Both the position numbers and the translations under genes were made by a program. Positions 46,023 through 55,018 of a stretch of 64,000 nt of DNA are shown here, in pieces. The stretch spans positions 2,636 to 66,635 of the forward strand of contig CANHRG010000008.1 in NCBI GenBank assembly GCA_947463785.1, read 5' to 3'. Below the pieces are notes generated by a model. It searched no databases and was not told the origin of the DNA. It saw only the letters and a program-made list of their open reading frames with translations. The stretch comes from Sphingobacteriaceae bacterium (GTDB taxonomy: Bacteria; Bacteroidota; Bacteroidia; Sphingobacteriales; Sphingobacteriaceae). Position 1 is the stretch's first letter; each line of letters opens with the position of its first letter.

Positions 46023-46898
46023 ATGAACAGACTAAAAACCGGTATTTTTTCCTTAGTTGGCATAATTATTTTGGTCATTTCTTGTACCAAAGAGTACCCG
46101 GGTATAGAAGAACTAGACACACAGCTGGTTCAGGAGTATATCCAAAAAAATAATTTGACCATGCAACAGTACGGCCAAACCGGTATTTATTATCAAGTAG
46201 TAAGGCAGGGTACAGGCCCAGCTTTAGCGTTTAATAGGGAAACACCCTTTATATATACCGTCAAAAGCCTAGATGGAAGCTATTCATCTTTAGATACTTT
46301 TGCCTTTTCGAATCGTTTCTATAACTTTTTTGGTTATTTGAAGCCAGATTCGCTCAGGCAGGTACTTAAGCAGGCGGGTGCTAACCAAGGAGGAATTGTA
46401 CGCGTTATCTTGCCTTCTCGTTTTGCTTACGGAAAAAAAGGTTCGGGTTCAATTCCTGGCAATGCCTCTTTAGATTATAGCATTACCGCATTAACTGCTG
46501 ATCAAATTGCTAATTATGATGATTTGGCTATAACCAAATACTTAGCCTCCCAAAACTTGACGGGCTTTTCAAAATCAGTCAATGGTGTATACTATAAGAT
46601 TGCTGAAGTAGGTGATGGTTCAGCCGTTATTAGCGACGAGAGTACGATTAGTGTACAGTATACCGGTAGATTTTTAACTGGCAAAATTTTCGAACAAAGT
46701 GCCAGTGGAACTTCTTTTACCAGATTGTTAGGAGATTTAATTAAAGGTTGGCGAGAAGTGTTGCCTCTGATAAAAAAGGGTGGATCTGTAAGGGTGATTA
46801 TTCCTTCCTCTCTGGCTTATGGCATGTCAGGAAATCAAGCCATTCCGCCATTTTCTTGCTTAGACTTCGATATTAAGGTGACCGATGTCGCCAATTAA
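46023..46898 (+). CDS. FKBP-type peptidyl-prolyl cis-trans isomerase lipoprotein (two FKBP-like domains)
   Basis: Lipobox LVISC. FKBP motifs appear in the C-terminal domain (VQYTGRFLTGKIFEQS, LIKGWREVL, IPSSLAYG), with a degenerate copy in the N-terminal domain. Confidence 0.85.
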   Translation: MNRLKTGIFSLVGIIILVISCTKEYPGIEELDTQLVQEYIQKNNLTMQQYGQTGIYYQVVRQGTGPALAFNRETPFIYTVKSLDGSYSSLDTFAFSNRFYNFFGYLKPDSLRQVLKQAGANQGGIVRVILPSRFAYGKKGSGSIPGNASLDYSITALTADQIANYDDLAITKYLASQNLTGFSKSVNGVYYKIAEVGDGSAVISDESTISVQYTGRFLTGKIFEQSASGTSFTRLLGDLIKGWREVLPLIKKGGSVRVIIPSSLAYGMSGNQAIPPFSCLDFDIKVTDVAN

Positions 46899-48209
46899 TC
46901 ATTTCTCTAACGCCTTTTTAAACGCTTCCAATACCCGGTTCCTGGCAAAGCTGTGATCTACAATTGGTTTTGGGTACTTAAAAGGGTCACTGAATTCGGG
47001 TACCCACTTTTTCACATAGCTCAATTGCGGATCAAATTTTTGAGTCTGTAATGCGGGATTAAACACTCTGAAATAAGGTGCAGCATCATTACCACAACTT
47101 GCTGCCCATTGCCAACCACCCACATTGCTAGCCTGTTCGTAATCGAGTAGTTTTTTAGCAAAATAAGCCTCGCCCCAGCGCCAATCTATGAGTAAGTGTT
47201 TGGTTAAAAAACTAGCGGTAATCATTCTCACGCGGTTGTGCATAAATCCGGTGGCGTTAAGCTCACGCATGCCGGCATCAACAATTGGATAGCCGGTACG
47301 CCCTTCGCACCAGGCTTTGAATTCCGTTTCATCGTTGCGCCATTGCAAGCGGTCGTATTCAGGCTTAAAAGCATTGTTAACTGTATGCGGAAAATGCCAT
47401 AAAATCATGAAGTAAAATTCACGCCAAATCAATTCATTCAACCACGTTTTTTCCTTAGCCTCGTAACCTACTTTCACCAATTCACGAATACTTACCGTTC
47501 CGAATCGCAGGTGAACCCCGATTCTGGAGGTTCCTGCTATTGCCGGGATGTTACGTTTTTGCGCATAATCTGCTACAATGTGCTCGTACCATTTGGCGGG
47601 TAATTCGAGCTTGGTTTGTTGAAATCCCATACTTTCTAGCGAAGGGATTTCACGGGTATCATCTTTTTCGAAATTCGCTACCAGTTGCTCACTCGGGTGA
47701 GTGGATAGCTCCGAATTTTCAAATTTTTGCAACCACTTCCGGCTGTAAGGGGTAAATACCGTATACGGTTTTCCATCATCTTTCACTACTTCAGCTTTTT
47801 CAAAAATTACCTGGTCTTTAAACCGTTGGAAACCGATATTCTTGCTTTGGAAGAAGGTATTTAGTTGTTCATCACGCTCACGGGCATAAGGTTCATAATC
47901 TTGATTGGTAAATACGTTTTTCACCTCAAAATTTTCCAGAATTTCATTCCAGGCTTGATCTGGACTAGCGTATTTAACCAATAAAGAAGATCCGTTTGCA
48001 TTTAATTTTTGCTGAATGCTGGTCAGCTCCTGATGAATAAAGCTTACCCGAGCATCATCCTTGTCTTCTAATTTATCGAGAATATTGCGGTCGAATATGA
48101 ACAGCGGCACCACCGGGAAACCTGCATTTAGGGCATCATAAAGTCCGGTATTATCGTTTAGCCGTAAATCGCGACGGAACCAAAATATATTGACGGTAGG
48201 TTTAGGCAT
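46899..48209 (-). CDS. Deoxyribodipyrimidine photolyase (cryptochrome/photolyase family)
   Basis: Motifs FWFRRDLRLNDNTGL, TGYPIVDAGMRELNATGFMHNRVRM and GGWQWAAS. Confidence 0.9.
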   Translation of the reverse strand: MPKPTVNIFWFRRDLRLNDNTGLYDALNAGFPVVPLFIFDRNILDKLEDKDDARVSFIHQELTSIQQKLNANGSSLLVKYASPDQAWNEILENFEVKNVFTNQDYEPYARERDEQLNTFFQSKNIGFQRFKDQVIFEKAEVVKDDGKPYTVFTPYSRKWLQKFENSELSTHPSEQLVANFEKDDTREIPSLESMGFQQTKLELPAKWYEHIVADYAQKRNIPAIAGTSRIGVHLRFGTVSIRELVKVGYEAKEKTWLNELIWREFYFMILWHFPHTVNNAFKPEYDRLQWRNDETEFKAWCEGRTGYPIVDAGMRELNATGFMHNRVRMITASFLTKHLLIDWRWGEAYFAKKLLDYEQASNVGGWQWAASCGNDAAPYFRVFNPALQTQKFDPQLSYVKKWVPEFSDPFKYPKPIVDHSFARNRVLEAFKKALEK

Positions 48210-49119
48210 ACAAATCTTTTAAGGCCAATTCCAGCTCAGGAAAATCAAATTCAAAGCCCGTTTCTTGAATTTTTTGCGCAGTAACCCGAGTGCTTCCTAA
48301 TACTGCTGCACTCATTTCTCCCATAGCCAAACTCAACACAAATCCCGGTACTGCCGGCAGCCACAATGGTTTCTTGAGTTGCCGTGCAATGGCCTTTGTT
48401 AATTCTAAATTCGTAACCGGATGAGGGCCAACCATGTTGAATGTACCTTTGAGATTACAATTTTCGAGGGCGAAGAGGTACATCTTCACCACATCTTTCC
48501 AGTGAATCCAGGAAACCCATTGTTTCCCGCTGCCCAAAGCAGCACCTAAGCCGAATTTCACAGGTCGGGCAATTTCAGCCAAGGCACCTCCTTCGGTATC
48601 CAACACAATCCCCGTTCTGAATTTTACGATGCGTAATCCCAAGCTTTCACCCTCATCAACAGCTTTTTCCCAAGCTATACAAGATTCTGCTAAAAATCCA
48701 TTTCCGGCAGTACTTTCTTCCGTCAGCATTTCGTCGCCGCGGTCGGCATAAAAGCCAATAGCAGCTGCAGAGATGATGTTTTTAACGGTGGTATTGGGTG
48801 TATTCTTGATCAGTTCATAAATCAGACGGATAGATTCAGTTCGACTATCAATAATGTCTTTCTTTCTCTGTGGGGACCAACGTTTGTCTACAATTCCTTC
48901 ACCTGCTAGGTGAATCACCGTGTCCACATCTGCAATACAAGCATGATCAATACTTTTTTGACCTATATCCCATCTAAACGTTTTTATTCGTGGGTCAGCT
49001 GCTGGTTTTGCCTGGCGACTAAGCAAGTGGATACGATAACCCATATCAAGCAATTGCCGACACAAATGTTTGCCGATGAGGCCTGTACCTCCGGTAACGA
49101 GAACTGTTTTATTCGTCAT
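48202..49119 (-). CDS. TIGR01777-type (YfcH-like) NAD-dependent epimerase-family protein with a DUF1731 C-terminus
   Basis: Rossmann motif VLVTGGTGLIGKHL. I chose the ATG at 49119 (MTNKTVLV). An 8-nt overlap with the photolyase start implies one operon. Confidence 0.8.
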   Translation of the reverse strand: MTNKTVLVTGGTGLIGKHLCRQLLDMGYRIHLLSRQAKPAADPRIKTFRWDIGQKSIDHACIADVDTVIHLAGEGIVDKRWSPQRKKDIIDSRTESIRLIYELIKNTPNTTVKNIISAAAIGFYADRGDEMLTEESTAGNGFLAESCIAWEKAVDEGESLGLRIVKFRTGIVLDTEGGALAEIARPVKFGLGAALGSGKQWVSWIHWKDVVKMYLFALENCNLKGTFNMVGPHPVTNLELTKAIARQLKKPLWLPAVPGFVLSLAMGEMSAAVLGSTRVTAQKIQETGFEFDFPELELALKDLYA

Positions 49120-49131
49120 GGTGCATTCAAA

Positions 49132-49173
49132 AATTGCTATTTTTAAGCAATTATTCATTCATTCTGAATAATT
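49132..49173. promoter_or_regulatory. Two adjacent palindromes in the divergent photolyase/carotenoid promoter region
   Basis: AATTGCT-N7-AGCAATT (49132-49152) and AATTATTCA-N7-TGAATAATT (49149-49173), inside an 82-bp intergenic region. Confidence 0.4.
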
Positions 49174-49201
49174 TAACACCCCAACGACAAAATCGCTGAT
49201 C

Positions 49202-49525
49202 ATGCTTTATCAAAAACACATTTTTATTTGCACCAATCAACGCCCCGAAGGTTCAAGAGTATGCTGTGGCGAACAACATGGCTTGGCATTGGTGGCTGCT
49301 TTCAAGAAAGCCATCAAGGACAGAGGCCTGAATACAGAGATAAGAGCGCAGCGAGCAGGTTGTTTTGACGCGTGTGAGCGTGGCCCAAGTGTGGTGGTTT
49401 ATCCAGAAGGGATCTTTTATGGTAAAGTGCAGTTGAGCGATGTTGAGGAGATTGTTAAAGAGCATTTGGAAAACAATCGCATTGTTGAACGTTTGGTTAT
49501 GAAGTTTGATAACTCAAGAGTATAA
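49202..49525 (+). CDS. Thioredoxin-like [2Fe-2S] ferredoxin domain protein
   Basis: Cys pattern ICTNQR...VCCGEQ...CFDACERGP, followed by VVVYPEGIFYG, in a protein of 107 aa. Confidence 0.78.
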   Translation: MLYQKHIFICTNQRPEGSRVCCGEQHGLALVAAFKKAIKDRGLNTEIRAQRAGCFDACERGPSVVVYPEGIFYGKVQLSDVEEIVKEHLENNRIVERLVMKFDNSRV

Positions 49526-49527
49526 TT

Positions 49528-50988
49528 TTGGCAAAAGTTAGTGTCATCGGTGCCGGAATTGCCGGTATTGCTTCAGCCATTCGTATGGCTGTGAAAGGGC
49601 ATCAGGTTGAAGTTTTTGAGGCCAATACTTATCCCGGTGGCAAACTTTCCGATTTTAGAGTAAATGGTTACCGTTTTGATGCAGGACCGAGCTTATTCAC
49701 CATGCCTCAGTACGTGGATGAGCTTTTCCAACTAGCGGGTAAAAATCCTCGTGATTATTTCAATTATCAAAAACTAGATACGGTTTGCCATTATTTTTAC
49801 GAGGATGGTACTCGGATTAAAGCCTGGGCAGATCGGGCTAAATTAGCTCAAGAAATTGCAGAGAAAACCGAAGATTCCAGCGCATCGGTCCATCGGTATC
49901 TCGACTATAGTTCCCGTATTTACGACATTACGCACCGTATTTTTCTCGAAAAAAGTTTACATCGGCTCAAATCCTATCTCAACTGGCAAACCCTGAAATC
50001 CTTGCTCCGCTTTCCGCAAATTGATGCATTCAGAAGCATGAATCGGGCAAACTCAAGTTTCTTTACAGACGATAAGACCATTCGCTTTTTCAACCGATAC
50101 GCTACCTACAACGGTTCAAACCCTTATCAGGCTCCGGCAACTTTGAATGTAATTCCGCATTTGGAACAACATTTTGGCGCCTATTTCCCGATTGGCGGAA
50201 TGTATGCCATCACTACATCCTTAGTAACATTGGCTAAAGAATTGGGGGTTAATTTCCATTTTGGCGAAAAAGTAGAAGAGATTTTAGTGGAGGATGAGCA
50301 GGTAAGGGGAATTCGAGTTAACGGACAAGATTTTGCAGCTGATCGGATTATATCCAACATGGATGTGTGGTTTACCTATAAGCACTTGCTCAAAAATGAA
50401 AAGGCGCCCAAAGCTATTTTAAATCAGGAAAGAAGTAGCTCGGCATTGATTTTTTATTGGGGTATCAACGCTCAATTTCCAGAATTGGATGTGCATAATA
50501 TTTTCTTCACCGAAGATTATCAAAAAGAATTTAAGGCGATTTGGGAAGATCAAACACTTGATGCGGATCCAACAGTTTATATAAACATCAGTTCTAAATG
50601 CCAGCCCGACGACGCTCCAAAAGGTGCGGAGAATTGGTTCGTGATGATTAATGTGCCTGCAAACTCTGGACAAGATTGGGATCAGCTTATCACGGAAGCC
50701 AGAAAACATATTCTTGATAAGTTATCTCGGAATTTGGGAAGAGCCATTGAGCCACTAATTGTGTGTGAAGAGGTGCTTGATCCACGGAAAATAGAACAGA
50801 AAACGGCTTCATACCAAGGTGCATTGTACGGAACGAGTTCGAATAATCAGTTTGCTGCCTTTTTGCGGCATGCTAATTTTTCATCAAAGCTCAACGGATT
50901 GTATTTCGTAGGTGGGAGCGTACATCCAGGTGGAGGCATTCCTCTGGCCTTACTCTCCGCTAAAATTGTAGACGACTTAGTTGCCTGA
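49528..50988 (+). CDS. CrtI-family carotenoid desaturase (CrtD-like hydroxycarotenoid 3,4-desaturase candidate)
   Basis: Has an FAD-binding fold (VSVIGAGIAGIASA...EVFEANTYPGGK) and a CrtI-family C-terminal motif (GGSVHPGGGIP). It has a TTG start 2 nt after the ferredoxin stop. Confidence 0.82.
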   Translation: MAKVSVIGAGIAGIASAIRMAVKGHQVEVFEANTYPGGKLSDFRVNGYRFDAGPSLFTMPQYVDELFQLAGKNPRDYFNYQKLDTVCHYFYEDGTRIKAWADRAKLAQEIAEKTEDSSASVHRYLDYSSRIYDITHRIFLEKSLHRLKSYLNWQTLKSLLRFPQIDAFRSMNRANSSFFTDDKTIRFFNRYATYNGSNPYQAPATLNVIPHLEQHFGAYFPIGGMYAITTSLVTLAKELGVNFHFGEKVEEILVEDEQVRGIRVNGQDFAADRIISNMDVWFTYKHLLKNEKAPKAILNQERSSSALIFYWGINAQFPELDVHNIFFTEDYQKEFKAIWEDQTLDADPTVYINISSKCQPDDAPKGAENWFVMINVPANSGQDWDQLITEARKHILDKLSRNLGRAIEPLIVCEEVLDPRKIEQKTASYQGALYGTSSNNQFAAFLRHANFSSKLNGLYFVGGSVHPGGGIPLALLSAKIVDDLVA

Positions 50989-51025
50989 AAGCGAATTACT
51001 TGGCTTAAATATGTATCTTTAACGC

Positions 51026-51649
51026 ATGTACCTTCCACGCCAAAATAAAATGGTTTATGCTTTTTTCTCTTGGTATATCAAGCGTATTATTCGTTCCGAT
51101 TTTGAGCGTTTTGAGTACAATCCCATTGAGCTCGATCCCAATCGATCCATTTTACTTTTAGCGAATCATTTTTCGTGGTGGGATGGCTTTTTCTTGTTTT
51201 ACCTCAACCGAATTTTTCTCAGAAAACGCTTTTACATTATGGCTATCGAAGAGAATTACAAGCGTTTGTGGTTTTTGAAATACTTAGGTGCATTCTCTTT
51301 GCGGAAAAATTCCAGGAGTGTGATTGAAACACTCGAATATGCCGGTAAATTATTGAACGATCCAAATAATGTCGTGGTTATTTTCCCGCAAGGGAAACTC
51401 CACTCCAGTCAAACCGATGAAATTCATTTTGAAAAAGGATTAATCAATCTGATAAATTCCTCGGACAAAACTTTCCAATACCTTTTTGTAGTCATGCTAA
51501 GCGATTATTTTCAGCATCGCAAACCCACGCTGACTTGCTATTTGCAAAGCTGGGAAGGTGCAGAATTTACCAGTTTGCAACTCATCAAAAGTGAGTTTAA
51601 TAAGCATTACGTTGAATCTAGAAAGCAACAAAATCAAGTAAGTATTTAA
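51026..51649 (+). CDS. Lysophospholipid-acyltransferase-family protein (CruD-like carotenoid glycoside acyltransferase candidate)
   Basis: Carries the HX4D acyltransferase motif (ANHFSWWDG) and FPQGK. Its position between the desaturase and the glycosyltransferase supports the assignment. Confidence 0.72.
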   Translation: MYLPRQNKMVYAFFSWYIKRIIRSDFERFEYNPIELDPNRSILLLANHFSWWDGFFLFYLNRIFLRKRFYIMAIEENYKRLWFLKYLGAFSLRKNSRSVIETLEYAGKLLNDPNNVVVIFPQGKLHSSQTDEIHFEKGLINLINSSDKTFQYLFVVMLSDYFQHRKPTLTCYLQSWEGAEFTSLQLIKSEFNKHYVESRKQQNQVSI

Positions 51650-51650
51650 A

Positions 51651-52745
51651 ATGATTGTATTTTACCTCGTTTTCTTTTTTCTGGTTTTACGCTTCTCGGT
51701 TACCTTATTCAATTATATTTCTCGCCCATTATTACCTCGAAGTCCAAAACATTATCAGGATTTGGTTTCGGTTTTGATACCTGCAAGGAACGAAGCAGCC
51801 TGTATTGGTCTATTGCTGGAGTCTATTCGAACTCAAGATTATCAAAATATTGAAGTCATCGTTTTAGATGACGCTTCAACAGACGAAACCTTTGCTATTG
51901 GTGAACAGTTTTCTTTCTCAGACAATCGTTTCAAAGTAGTAAAAGGAAAAGCACTTCCGGCAGATTGGTTGGGTAAGAATTACGCCTGTTATCAATTGGC
52001 AGAGCAGGCCAAAGGGAGGTATTTATTGTTTTTAGATGCCGATGAGATTGTGCATTCGGGGTTGATACATGCTGCTGTACATCGCATGAAAATGCAAAAA
52101 TTAGATTTACTCAGTCTATTTACCAACCAACTTATGCCGAGTCTGGGAGAAAAGCTGGTTGTACCGTTAATGCATTATTTATTGCTCAATTTATTGCCTT
52201 TACGTCTGGTACGCCTTTCAACCAACCCTTCATTTGCAGCGGCAAGTGGGCAGTTTATGCTGTTTGAGGCCGAGAGTTACCGGCATTACCAATGGCATGA
52301 GCAGGTAAAAACAAAGGTTGTTGAAGATGTGGAGATCATGAAATTGATAAAGCTTGAGCAAGGAAGGGGTGAAACCTTACTGGCCAACGGTCTTATTCAG
52401 TGCAGGATGTACACGAGTTTTACCGAAGCGTTATCAGGCTTTAGTAAAAATTTGCTGGCCGGTTTCGGTTACAGTATTTTCGGTTTATTTTTATACCTGT
52501 TTTTAGTGGTACTTGGGCCTCTAGCAATGGCTTGGTATTTAGGTTTAAATTTAGCTTTGCTGGCTTTTGCACTTATTCTGCTTAGCCGGGTAATGATAGC
52601 GCTTCTATCTGGGCAATCGGTTTTCTGGAATCTGATTCTCCACCCCATCCAAATGCTGGTATTGGTGTTGGTAGCAGTACTATCTATGCAAAAATATTTA
52701 ACAAAAACCGTTTCATGGAAGGGAAGAACTATACCATCAACTTAG
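51651..52745 (+). CDS. Family-2 glycosyltransferase (CruC-like carotenoid glycosyltransferase candidate)
   Basis: GT2 motifs are present (VSVLIPARNEA, VLDDASTDET, FLDADE), followed by C-terminal TM helices. Confidence 0.8.
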   Translation: MIVFYLVFFFLVLRFSVTLFNYISRPLLPRSPKHYQDLVSVLIPARNEAACIGLLLESIRTQDYQNIEVIVLDDASTDETFAIGEQFSFSDNRFKVVKGKALPADWLGKNYACYQLAEQAKGRYLLFLDADEIVHSGLIHAAVHRMKMQKLDLLSLFTNQLMPSLGEKLVVPLMHYLLLNLLPLRLVRLSTNPSFAAASGQFMLFEAESYRHYQWHEQVKTKVVEDVEIMKLIKLEQGRGETLLANGLIQCRMYTSFTEALSGFSKNLLAGFGYSIFGLFLYLFLVVLGPLAMAWYLGLNLALLAFALILLSRVMIALLSGQSVFWNLILHPIQMLVLVLVAVLSMQKYLTKTVSWKGRTIPST

Positions 52746-53374
52746 ACAAAACAAGGGTTATTACCGCTGTATTTGTTTTGCTGTTTCATGCCGTTGGTTT
52801 GTATGGTTTTTTAAATGCCGAATGGCATGAAAAATTTACGACTTTGGTCCCTTTTCATCTCTTATTGATGTTTGTGCTGATGCTGATTAGTCACCGAAAT
52901 TTTGAGCGTGATTTTCTAATTTTCTTAACAATAGTTTATGTAGCCGGTTTCGGGATAGAGTTTTTGGGTGTGCATACTGGGCTTATTTTTGGAAATTATA
53001 AGTATGGTGAAACCTTGGGCTTAAAGTTGGCGGATATACCGCTACTGATTGGGCTGAACTGGGTTATTCTGGTATATAGCGTTGGCGTAAGCATGCACCA
53101 ATTTGGGGTGAAAAATGATACATTAAGAGCCGGTATTGGGGCGCTCATTCTAGTGATTTTAGATCTCTTAATTGAGCCAGTGGCTATTCGATTTGACTAT
53201 TGGTCGTGGGCGAATGGAAGTATCCCGACACAAAATTATATTGCCTGGTTTGTATTTTCATTTGCTTGTTTGTTGTTGTTCAATCGACTCAAATTTGCAA
53301 AAGTAAACCCGGTAGCTGTAGTTTTAGTACTTGCACAGTTTGTGTTCTTCATCGCTTTAAACATAACAGCATAA
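52715..53374 (+). CDS. Carotenoid biosynthesis membrane protein (PF04240/CruF-like 1',2'-hydratase candidate)
   Basis: 219 aa with about 7 TM segments. The pattern GLIFGNYKYGETLG...IPLLIGLNW...EPVAIRFDYWSW matches my recollection of the CruF family. It overlaps the GT2 gene by 31 nt. Confidence 0.7.
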   Translation: MEGKNYTINLDKTRVITAVFVLLFHAVGLYGFLNAEWHEKFTTLVPFHLLLMFVLMLISHRNFERDFLIFLTIVYVAGFGIEFLGVHTGLIFGNYKYGETLGLKLADIPLLIGLNWVILVYSVGVSMHQFGVKNDTLRAGIGALILVILDLLIEPVAIRFDYWSWANGSIPTQNYIAWFVFSFACLLLFNRLKFAKVNPVAVVLVLAQFVFFIALNITA

Positions 53375-53388
53375 ACAAATACATTTCG

Positions 53389-53396
53389 TAATTTTG
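53389..53396 (+). promoter_or_regulatory. Candidate -7 box (TAATTTTG) immediately upstream of ispH
   Basis: Exact TAnnTTTG match only 7 nt before the ATG at 53404. This would give a near-leaderless transcript. Confidence 0.3.
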
Positions 53397-53403
53397 ATGT
53401 AAG

Positions 53404-54252
53404 ATGAGTTATAAGCTACAGGTAAGTATTGATGGCGATTCCGGTTTTTGTTTCGGAGTAGTTTATGCCATAGAAATGGCGGAAGAAATTCTTGAAGATC
53501 AAGGATACTTATACTGCCTGGGGGATATTGTGCACAACGATGAAGAGGTAGAACGCTTAAAAGTAAAAGGTCTTCGGATTATTGAACACGATGCTTTAAA
53601 ATCATTAAAAAATGAAAAAGTATTGATTCGTGCACATGGAGAAGCTCCTGAAACTTACCGCACAGCCTTAGAAAATAACATCACGCTTATTGATGCTTCT
53701 TGTCCGGTAGTATTGAAATTGCAAAATCGGATCAAAGGTTCGTATGATGAACAGGAACCGATTCTCATTTTCGGAAAACATGGACATGCGGAAGTAATTG
53801 GATTGCAAGGTCAAACGCAGAACAATGCCTTGGTTTTTCAAGATCTGAGTGAACTCGATAATGTGGACTTACCATCGTCTTTTACATTGTACAGCCAAAC
53901 CACTAAAAGCACAGAAAAATTTTATCAGATTAAAGCGGAACTGATAAACAGAGGTTACGAGGTGAAAGCACACGATACCATTTGTCGTCAGGTTTCTAAC
54001 CGCGACAAGGAACTTCCTGCTTTTGTTAAAAATTTCGATAAAGTAGTGTTTGTATCCGGAAAAAAATCTTCAAACGGTAAGGTCTTGTATGAAGTTTGCC
54101 GTCAGCATAATCCAAATACCTACTTCGTTTCAAATATCCAAGAACTGAATTCCTCGATGTTCAATCCAGGAGATAAGGTGGGGGTGTGTGGAGCAACATC
54201 TACCCCAATGTGGTTAATGGAGGAGGTAAAAGACGTTTTAGAATCGTATTAG
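53404..54252 (+). CDS. ispH: 4-hydroxy-3-methylbut-2-enyl diphosphate reductase
   Basis: The three cluster-ligand Cys residues sit in their conserved contexts (GFCFGV, ASCPVV, DTICRQV). Confidence 0.92.
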   Translation: MSYKLQVSIDGDSGFCFGVVYAIEMAEEILEDQGYLYCLGDIVHNDEEVERLKVKGLRIIEHDALKSLKNEKVLIRAHGEAPETYRTALENNITLIDASCPVVLKLQNRIKGSYDEQEPILIFGKHGHAEVIGLQGQTQNNALVFQDLSELDNVDLPSSFTLYSQTTKSTEKFYQIKAELINRGYEVKAHDTICRQVSNRDKELPAFVKNFDKVVFVSGKKSSNGKVLYEVCRQHNPNTYFVSNIQELNSSMFNPGDKVGVCGATSTPMWLMEEVKDVLESY

Positions 54253-54255
54253 CAC

Positions 54256-54290
54256 AAAAAAAAGCCCCCGAATTTCGGAGGCTTTTTTGT
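54256..54290. terminator. Bidirectional rho-independent terminator
   Basis: A8, a stem GCCCCCG/CGGAGGC with one mismatch, then T6. It lies between convergent ispH and yebC-like genes. Confidence 0.7.
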
Positions 54291-55013
54291 TTATCCCATA
54301 TTGTGGTAAACCGCCTGCACGTCATCGTCTTCTTCCAGTTTATCGATCAATTTCAATACATCAGCTGCTTGTGCTTCAGAAACTTCGGTAGTAGATAAGG
54401 CTACCCGCTCCAGTTTGGCGCTAAGCACCTCAATATTTTTTTCTTCCAACGCTTTCTGCATCTTGCCAAAGTCTTCAAAAGCAGTATGGATTACGGCTAT
54501 GTCTTTTCCTTCTTCACTTTCTTCAACATAAATTTCGGTAAGGCCGGCATCAATTAAATCAAACTCTAATTCTTCTAAGTCTAGTTCTCCGGGGTCAAAT
54601 CGAAAAACCGATTGGCGGTTAAAAATAAAATCTAATGATCCGGTTTTACCCAGAGTACCATCGCATTTATTGAAGTAGCTGCGAACATTGGCTACTGTCC
54701 GGTTGGTATTATCAGTAGCAGTTTCTACTAAAACCGCCACGCCGTGAGGGCCATAACCCTCGTAAACTAATTCTTCGTAATTGCTTTCATCTTTGTTACT
54801 GGCACGCTTAATAGCCGCTTCCACCCGGTCTTTGGGCATGTTTACGGCTTTGGCGTTTTGTATCGCCGTACGTAAACGTGAGTTGGCATCCGGGTTTGGT
54901 CCGCCGGCCTTTACAGCCATTACAATCTCTTTACCCAAACGGGTAAACTGAACGGCCATTTTGGCCCAGCGTTTAAATTTTCGCTCTTTTCTAAATTCGA
55001 AGGCTCTTCCCAT
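54291..55013 (-). CDS. YebC/PmpR-family DNA-binding regulator
   Basis: N-terminus MGRAFEFRKERKFKRWAKMA matches the family pattern over 240 aa. Confidence 0.92.
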   Translation of the reverse strand: MGRAFEFRKERKFKRWAKMAVQFTRLGKEIVMAVKAGGPNPDANSRLRTAIQNAKAVNMPKDRVEAAIKRASNKDESNYEELVYEGYGPHGVAVLVETATDNTNRTVANVRSYFNKCDGTLGKTGSLDFIFNRQSVFRFDPGELDLEELEFDLIDAGLTEIYVEESEEGKDIAVIHTAFEDFGKMQKALEEKNIEVLSAKLERVALSTTEVSEAQAADVLKLIDKLEEDDDVQAVYHNMG

Positions 55014-55018
55014 AAATT

